DNA of 64,000 bases from positions 274,660,001-274,724,000 of the forward strand of contig OZ024740.1 in NCBI GenBank assembly GCA_964016885.1, read 5' to 3'. The notes beneath the pieces were generated by a model that had not been told where the DNA came from, searched no databases, and was given only the letters and a program-made list of their open reading frames with translations. Origin of the DNA: Eledone cirrhosa (Eukaryota). Positions 29,179 through 43,819 of the stretch are shown in pieces. The position numbers were made by a program, and so were the translations under genes. Every line of letters begins with the position of its first letter. Position 1 is the first letter of the stretch.

Positions 29179-30262
29179 CTCAACTGCTGCCTTTTGCATC
29201 ACCATTCTGAGGTTCACTTTGTTCACATTTCATCAGATGCCAAGTATGAAGTATCTCCTATATTCTTAAAATATTGAAAAGTACACCCTTTGTTATTTCA
29301 TAAATATCACAAAATATTTCATAGAGATTCTTTCAAGTCACCTGCAGTTGTCTGGGCAACTGAGGGTTACAAATCTTCAACCATAATCAAACCTTCAGGA
29401 ACACTAATCGATCAACTCACCTGAATGCATTTGTGGGAAATGTTAGTGTGTATAGTAGGCATAAACTAAAGAGACGGAACAGAAAAAAAAAAATAACATA
29501 TCTGTTTAACTGAAAACAACTTCAAAACTCGATAAAAACAGCCAATCTATTCATTTAAATGTGGGAACAAGAGTAACCACTCATTGTTATCAAAATACAC
29601 GCCGTGCGTTGAAAGCAGCCCCAATAAAAATAGAGTATCACAAAAAAGCAAACTATACAATAATCTAAGTAATAATTATATTTATTGTACATCCAAAAAA
29701 CTCAGAATGTAAGCTGTACCTCCAAAACCTTCTGAACATGTGAGAGGAAACTTTTTTTATACTGGAAAATATTCAGTCTCGTATCATGTTCATCCATTTA
29801 ACAAACAGGTTAAGTGGAAAAACGATATGATAAATGATAGTTGGAATTTGAAAGGTTAAATTTGAAATTTAGAATTTAAATTTGAGGGCAGTAATTTTAA
29901 ATTTTAAATTTCAATAGAATAAATTAAAGATTAAAAAAGGACACACATCTAAGAGTAAATCTGGTAACGATACATAATTCACAAAGTTAAATAATTATAT
30001 ATTGACTATGAATTATCTCCCACAATACAGAACTATAGAGAAATGTATGCGCAGAATACGCACGAACGGAGATATCAAATAAAATTGATATGTTGTGGGG
30101 CCATCTTTGATGTTTTTTTTATATTTCCAAAATCTAGAAAGTAAATTGTGGCGAATCTTCAATTAACAACACAGAATTCAAGTGCAAATAATAAAATAAT
30201 TATACCCTATAAGTGTTGAGTTATGTTAACCTGTTTGCTGCTTGTACCTATATGTATGTATG

Positions 30263-30530
30263 TCTAGTGATAAGGATGTTGGACTTACGATCATAATGTC
30301 GTGGGTTCGATTCCTGGGTTGCGTGTTGTGTTCTTGAGCAAAACACTTCATTTCACGTTGCTCCAGTATACTTAGTAGAAAATGAGTACCAGCAATAGCT
30401 GGAGGTTTAATCCTGCGATGGACTGGCGTCCTCCAGGGGGGGGGGGAATCTTGTACTATCAGTCGCTTAACGCCATGACACCGGGATAAGCACCCACCAA
30501 ATGAGCCATCTGGCTTAAGACAGACTTTAG
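30263..30530 (+). mobile_element. CORE-type tRNA SINE
   Basis: Near-identical to 42038-42311. Confidence 0.85.
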
Positions 30531-30570
30531 ACTTAGATGTATGTATGTATGTATGTATGTATGTATGTAT

Positions 30571-31178
30571 GTCAGGTCACCAGTTGGTGCTACTGGTAAC
30601 ATGTATCCCAGTACAACCTGTCCCATGGTCGGGTCGTTGGCGACTAAACTGGCAACCCCACCAAGGTTTCTTGGTGAGGAGGGTGACTTTGGACATCCTG
30701 CAGGACTAAAAACAAAACCTGTCAAAGAGCAAAGGAGCTCTTAAGAGTCAATGGCCATCCAAAATCACCGGGAGTGATGACCCCTTAGCCTTTGTCAAGG
30801 CAGAATTCTAGGAGAAGGAAAACTCTGATATAGCACCTGCAACCTTGATGGTATCCAATGATGTTGACTTGTTCTTCTTTTTGGTAAATATTATCTTGGT
30901 TAAGAGAGTGGGACTGGCTTTGTGCAGTGCCTTTGCTCACTATAAAAGCTTCACGGCACAGGCATTGCTTTATATCTGGAGATCTCTCTGCCCTTGTCGT
31001 CACATGGTACCATGGGCCCAGCACTATGTGTCTATAATTGTCACAAGTGCAGTGTTTGTACCAGAGTTTTCAAGTCTCTGGCTGGACTAGAAAGTCACAC
31101 TCGTTCAGCACATCGGTAGGGGTTCTCCTACATGGATATAAAGTAGTGGCCGTACTCGAAAACGACTTGGCAGCCACC
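30571..31178 (+). mobile_element. About 610-bp non-autonomous retroelement embedded in (TATG)n, with RTE-like 5' UTR motif
   Basis: Near-identical copy at 35863-36467 and 5'-truncated copy at 31758-32088; contains ctaggagaaggaaaactctga; ends gcagccacc-(ATGT)n. Confidence 0.75.
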
Positions 31179-31373
31179 ATGTATGTATGTATGTATGTAT
31201 GTACTTGGTGAGGAGGGTGATTTTGGACATCCTGCAGGACAAAAGACAAAACCTGACAAAGAGTGGAAGAACTCATAAGGGTCAACGGCCATCCAAAAGT
31301 GTGTAAATATGTATATACACATGTACATATGTATGTATATGTATATGTACATGGGTGAATGTGTATGTATATG

Positions 31374-31723
31374 CGCGGGGACTTAGAAATAGTCGGGTTG
31401 GACACCCGATCGCGCGGTTAAACCACTGGGAGTGAAGGACACCTAGCCTTTGTCGGGACATTCTTCTAGGAGAAGGCAACTCAGGAAACTGGGATAACTC
31501 CGATATAAAACCTGCGGCTCAGTAGTTACCGATGATGTTGATCTTTTCTTCTTTTCGGGTTATAGCTACTGCCGCTCAGAGAGTGGGATTGGCTCAGTGT
31601 ACAGTCTTTCCTCACTTTAAAAAATATCTTCACGCACAGGCATTGTACGATGGAATTAATTAATAATTATTAATAATGGTATATCGAGCAATGGCCATAC
31701 TCGATAACGAGGGGGCAGCCATC
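31374..31723 (+). mobile_element. Sister subfamily of the (TATG)n element
   Basis: Shares ctaggagaagg, gatgttga.cttttct, agagagtggga and the 3' end ggcca/gtactcga...gcagcca. Confidence 0.65.
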
Positions 31724-31757
31724 ATGTATGTATGTATCCAATGTATGTATGTATCTA

Positions 31758-32088
31758 ATGGTATCCAATGATGTTGACTTGTTCTTCTTTTTGGTAAATA
31801 TCATCTTGGTTAAGAGAGTGGGACTGGCTTTGTGCAGTGCCTTTGCTCACTATAAAAGCTTCACGGCACAGGCATTGCTTTATATCTGGAGATCTCTCTG
31901 CCCTTGTCGTCACATGGTACCATGGGCCCAGCACTATGTGTCAATAATTGTCACAAGTGTAGTGTTTGTACCAGAGTTTTCAAGTCGCTGGCTGGACTAA
32001 AAAGTCACACTCGTTCAGCGCATCGGTAGGGGTTCTCCTACATGGATATAAAATAGTGGCCGTACTCGAAAACGAGTTGGCAGCCACC
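31758..32088 (+). mobile_element. 5'-truncated copy of the (TATG)n element
   Basis: Matches 30848-31178. Confidence 0.8.
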
Positions 32089-32091
32089 ATG

Positions 32092-32125
<34 letters not shown>

Positions 32126-34215
32126 TGTATGTATGTATGTATGTATGTATGTAGTTATGTATGTGAGTATGTGTGTGTATGTATGTCCTATTATGGGCAG
32201 TGAAGTGACAGAGTCATTAAAACATCGGATAGAGTGTTTTGCGGTAAACTTTCCGGCTCTCAGCTAACTGTGCTCAAATCCCACCGAGGTCAACTTTGTG
32301 TTTCATCCATTCGAGGTCGATAAAAAAAGTACCAGTCCAGGACTGGAGTTGATCTCCCCTCCCCTCTCCCGCTTTCTTTCTCTCTTTCTCCCTCTTTCTC
32401 TCTCTCTCTCGCTCTCTTCCCTTCTCTAAAAGAAATGGGCTGTGATCGAAGCTGAAGAGGATGGGCTCTGCCAGGTTTAAAATGGCCAAGAAACGCCGTA
32501 TATCACTACGGCGTTCCTACGACTCCAGCAGGAGTTACGGATCTAAACAAACAAAAATGTATGTTTGTGCCTTATTTTGGAATATATTAATGTGTAAATA
32601 TATCTGCCCTATCCCCACCTCTGATTATTGTCATATATGATTAAGTTACAGACGTGACAGAGAAGTAACATAATTAACAGATATAAGATGCAGGCATTAA
32701 GAAAATATCTACACCTTTACGTGGTTCCAGATTCAATCATACGGTGCAGGTTTGGGGCAAGAGTTTTCTACGGTTGCCATGCAGCCGGCAATGCCTTTGA
32801 GTGGAAATTTGCGTATGTTTGTACGTGCATGTTTTTATTTTCAAGTGTAAACCGGTATGCCGATTTATAGCCCCATGTCAAAAAACGCGCCTTATGTCTC
32901 AGTTTATTGAATCATTATAAATAAGTGTAAAATTAAATAAGTACTGGGAATCAATACGCCTGACTAAAGGTAGTTTTCCAACAGGGCTGCAATCTAATGA
33001 CAAAAACTTGTAAAGGAATAAAATAATATATTATTGGCTCCCGAACAAAGTATCCCACGATTGAAAACGAACTCAATGTTAAAATCGGAATTTTATATAA
33101 ATAGATTTATTTATGTTCTTACAGCATGGCAACAATGTTTCTGTGTATATTTGATACACTTCTCTGGTGTAACTTAGCGAATACTTTCTTTACCGAAAGA
33201 TCATTAACACGCTGAAATGATATGAATGAATATATGTACAGATATACCCCCAAAATAAGCCAATGAGAGTAGCCTCAATGTGACCAACTTTCTAGAAATA
33301 GAAGCCAAATTTCCCTCAAATAACATCTTAAAACAACAGCAGACGTTGGATAATGTATTTTAGTGACCTCGAAAAAGATAAAATGGTCGCAGCAGGAATA
33401 TTATAAACATAGGTCTACTCGATCAGAACTGACTAGGAATAACAATAAAGAAGTACTGCCAATTTGTGAGAGATTTTTGTTTACTTTTAATCTTTTACAA
33501 AATATTCCATCTAAGCCATGTTAACTAAACAAAAAAAATATGTGACATCCATAAACGCAAGGTTAACAAAACTATGCACCAACCCAACCACCCACACCAA
33601 TGACTTTGAATTTATATTTCACAAAAATGTCAACAGAGACTGTATATATCATTTCATCAGATTTGTGGATGTAGTGCAAGAGAGGTCAAGGTTTCTGCTA
33701 ATAGATTAACTGAGCTGCTTATATGCTGCGCAGATGCAATGTAAGCACTAACGCTTCAAGTTCTCTGTCATTCTGCCAGCTATGCACATATATTTTTTGT
33801 TTGTCCCTGTTTTGTTCTGCATGTTGCATTTTGCAAGTATATAATGATGTCTGTTTGATATTGAAGTGCAGCTGCATCAAAGGTAACTGCACCTGAATAC
33901 ATTTACATAAATGTTTGATATTTGCATAAGTTTCTAGGTTTTCCGGTATTACCTCATGTTTCAAGAGTCTATCTGATATATATAATTCTGTCTGCGTGTA
34001 TGTATGTATGTATGTATGTATGTATGTATGTATGTATGTATGTATGTATGTATGTATGTATGTATGTATGTATGTATGTATGTATGTATGTATGTTTGTA
34101 TTTATGTATGTATGTATGTTTGTATTTATGTATGTATGTATGTATGTATGTATGTATGTATGTATGTATGTATGTATGTATGTATGCATATATTTATGTA
34201 TGAATGTATGTATGT

Positions 34216-34694
34216 TTTCTCTTTCTCTTAATTTCGAGTATATTTTTTTGACCGGCCACCTTCCTGGTGGCAAGGTTGTAAAAGAAAAGAAATTGTCATC
34301 CCTTGAATCGCAAGAATGTTTTGCAAATTTTGAAGGTGCCAGCTATCGCAGCCATTTGTAGACTATGAATTAGGGAGCTGCGCTTTTTGTCCGCAAATCC
34401 AAGTTCAGTCATACTTTGGTCCAAGCGGGTTGGTATATAACCCGTAGCACCAATAATGATGGGTATGAAGCTAAAGGTGTATCTTGGATACTGGATTTGT
34501 AAACTCCTGATCAATGGTCCGTAGATGTCCTCCTTCTCCTGTATTTTTCTGACAACGTTTACATCAAGTGGGCAGCTGATCTCCACAACAGAACACGTTT
34601 TCAATGTGTGGTCCCAAACTACAATATCAGGCCGGTTGTGCTTTAATTTGGTAGCAGTTTTTATTTTCAGGTTCCACCAGTATTCCTTAGTGCC

Positions 34695-34695
<1 letters not shown>
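34216..34695 (-). mobile_element. 3' fragment of an R4/Dong/NeSL-type non-LTR retrotransposon (restriction-like endonuclease) in (CATA)n
   Basis: Open frame HNRPDIVVWD...VVEISCP...KEDIYGPL...IPIIIGATG (PD-(D/E)xK RLE signature); stop at 34296; short 3' UTR; flanked on both sides by (TATG)n. Confidence 0.88.
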
Positions 34696-34725
<30 letters not shown>

Positions 34726-35606
34726 TGTATGTATGTATGTATGTATGTATGTATGTATGTATGTATGTATGTATGTATGTATGTATGCATGTATGTATGT
34801 ATGCATATATTTATGTATGAATGTATGTATGTATGTATGTATGTATGTATGTATGTATGTATGTATGTATGTATGTATGCATATATTTATGTATGAATGT
34901 ATGTATGTATGTATGTATGTATGTATGTATGCATATATTTATGTATGTATGTATGTATGTATGTATGTATGTATGTATGTATGTATGTATGTATGCATAT
35001 ATTTATGTATGTATGTATGTATGTATGTATGCATGTATGTATGTATGTATGTATGCATGTATGTATGCATGTATGTATGCATGTATGTATGTATGTATGC
35101 AAGAGATTACTTAAATATGTACTGAAAACAATTTGATTCATTAAAATAAACCTTGAATGCTAGAACTCCAGCATGGCCGCAGTCAAAAGAGTGAAACCAA
35201 AAAGGAACAAAAGAATATATATAAGTAGCTATAGACTTACTGTGTCAGTCTCTCTCTCTCTCCCCTCTCTCTCTATATATATATATATGCGTGTGTGTGT
35301 GTGTGTGTGTGGGTGTGTGTGTGTGTGTGTGTGGGTGTATGTATGTATATAAATTGTTAGCAGTGTCATTAAGACACCGTTAAGAGTAATAGATATATAT
35401 ATACATATGAAAGTATATACTATATGTTAATGTAAACATATTTTTCTTTGATAGCGAGGCTCCCATATGATTATTGCACATAAACATATAGTATATGCTT
35501 TATTATACACCCCTATTATATCTATTATAACTGTATATCATTTTACGCCCGTTTTCCATGTTTCCGTGGGGGTATATATATACATACATATATGTGAGTC
35601 TGTGAT

Positions 35607-35658
<52 letters not shown>

Positions 35659-35862
35659 ATCACAGACTCACACACACAACTCTACCTATTCCCGTCGTCA
35701 ATCTGTCTATCAATTATATATATATATATATATATAAATATATATATATATGTCGTGCGTATGTGTATATATGTATGTATTTATGTATATGTAAGTATAT
35801 ATCTATGTATGTATCTATGTATGTATGTATGTATGTATGTATGCATGTATGTATATATGTAT

Positions 35863-36467
35863 GTCAGGTCACCAGTTGGTGCTACTGGTAACATGTATCC
35901 CAGTACAACCTGTCTCATGGTCGGGTCGTTGGCGACTAAACTGGCAACCCCACCAAGGTTTCTTGGTGAGGAGGGTGACTTTGGACATCCTGCAGGACTA
36001 AAAACAAAACCTGTCAAAGGGCAAAGGAGCTCTTAAGAGTCAATGGCCATCCAAAATCACCGGGAGAGATGACCCCTTAGCCTTTGTCAAGGCAGAATTC
36101 TAGGAGAAGGAAAACTCTGATATAACACCTGCAACCCTGATGGTATCCAATGATGTTGACTTGTTCTTCTTTTTGGTAAATATCATCTTGGTTAAGAGAG
36201 TGGGAATGGCTTTGTGCAGTGCCTTTGCTCACTATAAAAGCTTCACGGCACAGGCATTGCTTATATCTGGAGATCTCTCTGCACTTGTCGTCACATGGTA
36301 CCATGGGCCCAGCACTGTGTCAATAATTGTCACAAGTGTAGTGTTTGTACCAGAGTTTTCAAGTTGCTGGCTGGACTAAAATGTCACACTCGTTCAGCCC
36401 ATCGGTAGGGGTTCTCCTACATGGATATAAAGTAGTGGCCGTACTCGAAAACGAGTTGGTAGCCACC
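35863..36467 (+). mobile_element. Second full copy of the (TATG)n element
   Basis: Near-identical to 30571-31178. Confidence 0.8.
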
Positions 36468-36549
36468 ATGTATGTATGTATGTATGTATGTATGTATAGC
36501 GCTATCAACAACAGCACTACCGTTTCCATTGTGAGCAAAACCGTCACGA

Positions 36550-37260
36550 CCCCGTCCAATACCACCAACACCTCCACCACCACCACCACCACCACCAACA
36601 TTACCACCCTCACCAGTGCCACCACAATTACCACCACCATTACCACCAACACCACCATCACCACAATTACCACCATTACCACCACCACCGCCACCATTAC
36701 CACCATTACCACAATTGCCACAATCAAAACCACCACCACCACCACCACCATTACCACAATCACCACCACCACCATTACCAGCATTACCACAATTACCACA
36801 ACCACAACCACCACCACCACCACCACCACCATTACCACAATCACCACCACCACCACCATTACCACCTTTACCAAAATTACCACAATCACAACCACCACCA
36901 CCACCACCACCACCATTACCACAATCACCACCATGACCACTATTACCACCATTACCACAATTACCACAACCACAACCACCACCACCACCACCACCACCAC
37001 CATTACCACCACCATTACCACAATCACCACCACCACCACCATTACCACCATTACCACCATTACCACCATTACCACAATTACCACGACCACGACCACCACC
37101 ACCACCATCATCACAACAACCACCACCACCACCATAACTACTACCATCCCCCACCACCACCACCATTAACACAATTACCACCACCACCACCACCACCACC
37201 ACCACCACCACCAGCATTACTATTACCATCACCCCCCCCCTACTACACCACCACTACCTC
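36550..37260. repeat. (ACC/ATT) trinucleotide-derived repeat
   Basis: Direct inspection. Confidence 0.92.
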
Positions 37261-37736
37261 CACTAACTAACATTATCTCAACACCGACACTTGATCATGT
37301 CTGCAGTTTCTAATTAATTGCCGTCTTACCTGCCAAGTGATTTCTCTTCAGGTTACTTCTGCACTAAGCCGTCTTAATGGAAGTGAAATTCTGCATGACT
37401 GGTTCAAACCTACATATAACGCATGTTTTATTTTTATTTTTATTTTAATTTAATTTTATTTATATGTATACTTTATTTGATGATTTTTCTTTGATTTTTT
37501 TTAATTTATTTTTTTTAGTTTATGTCTGCCATGAGCAAACGCACACACACACACACACACACAGATACACACATACACTGAGGCACACATAAACTCACAC
37601 ACAGTGTCACACACATCCACACTGAGAGAGGCACACATATGTATAATAAATACATGAAACGTAAACAATTTATGTGTCTAAATTTCTACTTATCTGCCTC
37701 TGATTCAATTTCTTGTATCTATCATATATATATATG

Positions 37737-37778
<42 letters not shown>

Positions 37779-37808
37779 TATATATATATATATATAAATA
37801 TATGCATA

Positions 37809-37875
<67 letters not shown>

Positions 37876-37956
37876 GCATATATATATATATATATATATA
37901 TAAATATATGCATATATATGTATATATATATATATATATATATAAATATATGCATA

Positions 37957-38033
<77 letters not shown>

Positions 38034-38117
38034 AAATATATATATATAAATATATGCATATATATATAAATATATGCATATATATATATATATATGTGTG
38101 TGTACACATATATATGC

Positions 38118-38165
<48 letters not shown>

Positions 38166-38350
38166 ACAATGATTAAACAATGATATATATGCGTGTGTGT
38201 GTATGTGTTTATGTGTGTTTGTGTGTGTGCGTATTCTCATATCTATCAATGTCTTTCCATTTCATTGATGTACAACTTAAGCTAGAAACTGCCTACTTAT
38301 CTTTCCAATGCATGCACATGCTTATTACACAGTCACACACCCACACATAT

Positions 38351-38418
<68 letters not shown>

Positions 38419-38461
38419 TAAGCAGGAACATGTACATATATACACACTCGTACTATATATT

Positions 38462-38500
<39 letters not shown>

Positions 38501-38501
38501 T

Positions 38502-38526
38502 TTTTCGTTTCTGAATTTGTTTAGCA

Positions 38527-38613
<87 letters not shown>

Positions 38614-38642
38614 GATTGCTAAACAAATTCAGAAACGAAAAA
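38502..38642. repeat. Palindrome centred on a (TA)n tract
   Basis: ttttcgtttctgaatttgtttagcaatca-(TA)n-tgattgctaaacaaattcagaaacgaaaa. Confidence 0.9.
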
Positions 38643-38781
38643 TATATATATATATATATATATATGCAAATATGTATACGAGGTGGGTGTATTTACATGT
38701 ATACCTACCTATATACATGATTGTGTGTGTGTGTGTGTATATGTGTCTCTGCGTGTGTGTGTGTCGGTGTGTATGTGTGTA

Positions 38782-38832
<51 letters not shown>

Positions 38833-39146
38833 GTTGATTACACACCCTACTCTTACATAGATATAAGTCCTAATGATTACTGGCAAACACCAACCTTATT
38901 TTGCAAAGCAGAAATACATGTATAATTGCTAGCTATGTATACCAAGTCGGTGAATTTACAAGATCGTTAGAACGTTGGACAAATACATAGCAGTATTTGT
39001 TCCGGCTTTTTACTTTCTGAGTTCATTTCCCGACGGGGTCAAGTTTGCTTTCTAACTTTCCGGGGTCAATACATTATTGTAGTCGATATAAATAACTTTC
39101 ACCTCCCCCACAAATTGCTAATCTTGTGCCTAAATGAGAAATCATC

Positions 39147-39187
<41 letters not shown>

Positions 39188-39228
39188 TACATATATACAT
39201 GTATATATATATATATATATATACATAT

Positions 39229-39343
<115 letters not shown>

Positions 39344-39373
39344 AATATATATATATATACATATACATATATG

Positions 39374-39445
<72 letters not shown>

Positions 39446-39448
<3 letters not shown>

Positions 39449-39570
39449 CGAAGGAAATGTGGTAAGGAACCAGGTGGACCATAACGCATCAAAGTACTCA
39501 ATACTTAGGGTAGTAGAGTGGGTAATAGGAACCAGTAAGACCCCGACGGGTGAGCTCAAGCCGTTTCGAC
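39446..39570 (-). mobile_element. Family B short Penelope-like terminus, truncated just 5' of the hammerhead GAAAC
   Basis: Matches 40178-40301; 3' end abuts (TA)n. Confidence 0.7.
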
Positions 39571-39788
39571 ACACACATATATATGTGTGTGTGTGTGTGT
39601 GTAATGAGCAAAGAAAATATCAGTAATACATAAAGATTTCCTGGTGGAAGTTCAGGTAAACTCCGGGTGTATATCCAGTTTCAGAGTGAAAATCCCATTT
39701 GAAATTCCAAAGAGATGGCAACATGAACGAATCTTTTATTTTTCTTAAAAAATATTTTTTCCAATTCCACCCCACCCGTCCCTTCTTT

Positions 39789-39908
39789 TTTTCTGGTGAA
39801 GGACTAACGTCCGAAACGTTAAGACCCTCTTCCTGATATTTCAAGCGTTAACCTAATATATTCCTTCCATTTACTGTACCGATTGTGTTGTTATTTCTGT
39901 TTACTTTT
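39789..39908 (+). mobile_element. Family A terminus with variant hammerhead (CTGGTGA-a-ggac-taac-gtcc-GAAACGTT), ending in (CA)n
   Basis: Homologous to 40712-40831 and 45357-45475. Confidence 0.6.
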
Positions 39909-39926
39909 TACACACACACACACACA

Positions 39927-40484
<558 letters not shown>

Positions 40485-40526
40485 AATATATAAAATTTAA
40501 AAAAAGAGGTTGTGTGGTTACCAATA

Positions 40527-40712
40527 AATATTATTTTAAAAACGTGGGTGCAAACACGAAAGACACAAACACATAGACAATTCCCCCTCATCGGCTGTCT
40601 TCTGTGGATCACTAAATTTCTAATTAGTGATCCACAGAAGACAACCGATGAGCGGGGATTGTTCTTGTGTTTGTGTATTTCGTGTTTGCACCCACGTTTT
40701 CTAAATAATATT
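40527..40712. repeat. Inverted repeat (about 89-bp arms, 8-nt loop)
   Basis: 40527-40615 pairs with 40624-40712 with few mismatches. Confidence 0.85.
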
Positions 40713-40747
40713 CTTCTGATGAAGGACTAGCGTCCGAAACGTTAAGA
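40712..40747 (+). ncRNA. Minimal type I hammerhead ribozyme (family A)
   Basis: tctt-CTGATGA-a-ggac-tagc-gtcc-GAAAC-GTT-aaga; loop-less palindromic stem III. Confidence 0.65.
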
Positions 40748-40827
40748 CCCTCGCTAGCTCTTTCAAGCGATTACCTAATATATTCCTTCCATATACTGTA
40801 CCGATTATGTTGTTATTTCTGTTTACC

Positions 40828-40899
<72 letters not shown>

Positions 40900-40934
40900 T
40901 GGAAAATGTGTGAAATCCTTGGAACAGTTAGGTA

Positions 40935-41245
40935 TATTTAAAAAAAGGAAAAGAATGGTTTCATTTGTAGTTCTAAACAATTTAATTTAATTTCATAATA
41001 TTATGATTTTACAATTTGGTTTTGTAGATCTAGCAAGTTCTTTGTTAACTACAGTGGGGAGATGTTTTAAAGATTCCTGGTTAACTTTCCTGGAGAACTT
41101 TCTCGCATTCGTCGGTGACGGTTGTCAAACTGCAACAAAGAACTTACTAGATCTACAAAACCAAATTGTAAAGTCATAATATTATAAAATTAAATCAAAT
41201 TGTTTAGAATTACAGGTGAAATCTGTCTTTTCCTTTTTTAAAATA
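40935..41245. repeat. Inverted repeat (about 110-bp arms, about 85-nt loop) between microsatellites
   Basis: tacaatttggttttgtagatctagcaagttctttgtt / aacaaagaacttactagatctacaaaaccaaattgta. Confidence 0.8.
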
Positions 41246-41669
41246 TATATATATATATAAGAGGGTGTTAAAGTTTGCTTGAAGCATTGTGAAATGTGTA
41301 AAATACGTAGTTTAGAAAGCCACAACAATGCAGAGGGAAATCTCGAGGTAGGAAGTGAATGATAAAATACGTGAAATAGGAGAAAGTGAAAGTTGAGAGA
41401 GACAAATGAAAACAAAACAAAGGTAGAAGGGTTACCGTAGGCCCGGCGAGCCATTGATTACAGAGTCGGGCTAGATCGATACAGATCGAAACTTCAGCTG
41501 ATCAACAGCGAAACGTGCGTCACCAACCAATAAACGTAATGAAGGAGTAACCATTCGTCCTTGAATTTATTATATTACACTCTGTCTAGCTCTACACCTC
41601 GATACATTGAGTGCTCACCCGGGTGAATCTACAGTAACTCCGCGTTACAGTCCCTGGATATATATATAT

Positions 41670-41810
41670 AGGTAAGTTATTCCAGGTTGAATCGGAGGCA
41701 ACCACAGTAAGTAAGGTACTCAATACATAGCAGAGTATAAAAGTTTTAATATAGATGAGATTCTACAGGACTAGAACTGTTTCATTCTTTAGAAATCATC
41801 AGGAATCTGG
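41670..41810 (-). mobile_element. Short Penelope-like terminus with degenerate hammerhead core
   Basis: Minus: CTGATGA-t-ttc-taaa-gaa-t-GAAAC-a-GTT (stem I unpaired), then ACTC..GAGTAC hairpin, then (TA)n. Confidence 0.5.
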
Positions 41811-41995
41811 CTTTCCATAATAAATGTTGTGGTATTTATATCTTTTCAGGTGGTAGGAGAGTGTGGGGAGTGGGATGGGTGGAGGTCATTGGTTGAAAGA
41901 AAAGGGAATTCATTAAAGGCTAATACTTTAAGGCTATAATTTATATTTAGAGTGACAAAGGCAGAAAGAATTCTATAAACTGTGTGTGTGTGCCT

Positions 41996-42035
<40 letters not shown>

Positions 42036-42037
42036 GT

Positions 42038-42311
42038 GGAGGCACGTGGTCTAGTGGTAAGAGTGTTGGACTTACGATCATAATGTCGTGGGTTCGATTC
42101 CTGGGTTACGTGTTGTGTTCTTGAGCAAAACACTTCATGTCACGTTGCTCCAGTATACTCAGCTGAAAATGAGTACCAGCAATAGCTGGAGGTTTAACCC
42201 TGCGATGGACTGGCGTCCAGTCCAGGGGGGAGTCTTGTACTCTCAGTTGCTTCACGCCATGAAACCGAGATAAGCACCGGCCAAATGAGCCTTCTGGCAC
42301 AAGACAGACTT
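42038..42311 (+). mobile_element. Full-length CORE-type tRNA SINE
   Basis: ggaggcacgtggtctagtgg (A box), ggttcgattcc (B box), tgtgttcttgagcaaaacact, accctgcgatggactggcgtcc. Confidence 0.88.
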
Positions 42312-42786
42312 GTGTGTGTGTGTGTGTGTCGTAAACCGGGGTTACTATGAACGTTCGGGGCTACTTTGAAAAAAGCAACAAAAATTCTTTATGCCGTCAT
42401 CATTATTTTAGAAAAGATGTCTTGATAAATAGAAACTTCCATTATCATTTAAACTTTCTTTTAAAGCATTTCCTTTAAATGACTTTAAACTCCGTAAAAA
42501 TATGTAAATTATGTAGGCGGTACACAGAAGCTGAAATATTGATTCAATCAACTTTCAGATTGATCAAAGGAAATAAATGTGTGTTTTGTATATATATTTA
42601 CATTTAATACATTCTTAATATGTTTTTAATTGATTCTGTAAATTATATTTCATTTGGATGAATGGTTCAGCTTCAAAATCTGTGTAATTCTGAATTTTTG
42701 TCAGTCACTTGTTTAAAAATGTCCCACGGTTTTAGTATTTGTTTCTTGTATACTGTCTAATCCTTTTATTATTATAATCATGGTGA

Positions 42787-43207
42787 GGGCGGTGAATTGG
42801 CAGTATTGGTAGAGGGTTGGACGCCATGCTTTCTAGCATAGTTACGTCCCATTACGGTCTGAGTTCAAATCCCGTCGAGGTTAACTTTGCCTTTCATCCT
42901 TACGTCATCGATAAAATAAAGTACCAGTAATGTACTGGGTATTTACTGGCCTTGTGCCAAAAGTAGAAACAATTATTATAATCATGGGTGGGGGCGGTGG
43001 ATTGGCAGTATTTGTAGAGGGTCTGACGCCAAGCTTTGCAGCATAGAGTTACGGCCCTTTACGATCTGAGCTCAAATCCTGCCGAGGTTAACTTTACCTT
43101 TCATCCTTACGGGGTCGATAAAATAAAGTACCAGTCACGTACTGGGCTCGATTTAATCGACTTTTCCCTCCCCAAAAATTGCTGACCTTGTGTCTATATA
43201 AGAAATC
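42787..43207 (+). mobile_element. Two tandem full-length SINE family 1 copies
   Basis: ggcggtg.attggcagta..gtagaggg heads plus central domain. Confidence 0.88.
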
Positions 43208-43748
43208 ATTATCATAGGTTACATATGGCCGAACATCCATTATCCCTGACGAATATTCAATTTTACAACCAAAAAAACTCACTTATTTGCCGGGGAAACA
43301 GGCATGTATAAGTATACTGCTCCCTTAGTCGTATGTATAATTAAATATACTTGTTTGTCATAAATTCTGTGAAATTTATACTCAATGAAAATATCAATAA
43401 AATGTCTTATATATATACCTTTTACTCTATAACGTATAGCTATGTTTAGTATTCAAAGTTGCACCGATATATCTGTCAATAAATATATAACGAATTAAGT
43501 TGTTTTTACAATTATTTTTTAGAAAAGTTTCATACGATAGGGCTTCTTTCAATTATCTCTATATTAGCAACATCTGGCAACAAAAATGTGAGCTATGCGA
43601 AATTGACGAATATCATTCAACGTAACCCAGATTACAGTATATATATATATACCCGGAGATTTACCCATTTGCATTGTCGAGGCTTCCAGACGACTTAAAG
43701 AAATTTACCTTATTATTCCACAATGCTTCAAGCAAACTTCAATACCCT

Positions 43749-43819
<71 letters not shown>

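Noticed and set aside
42038-42110. tRNA gene
   Set aside because: A/B boxes belong to a SINE head continuing into the CORE domain; no acceptor stem
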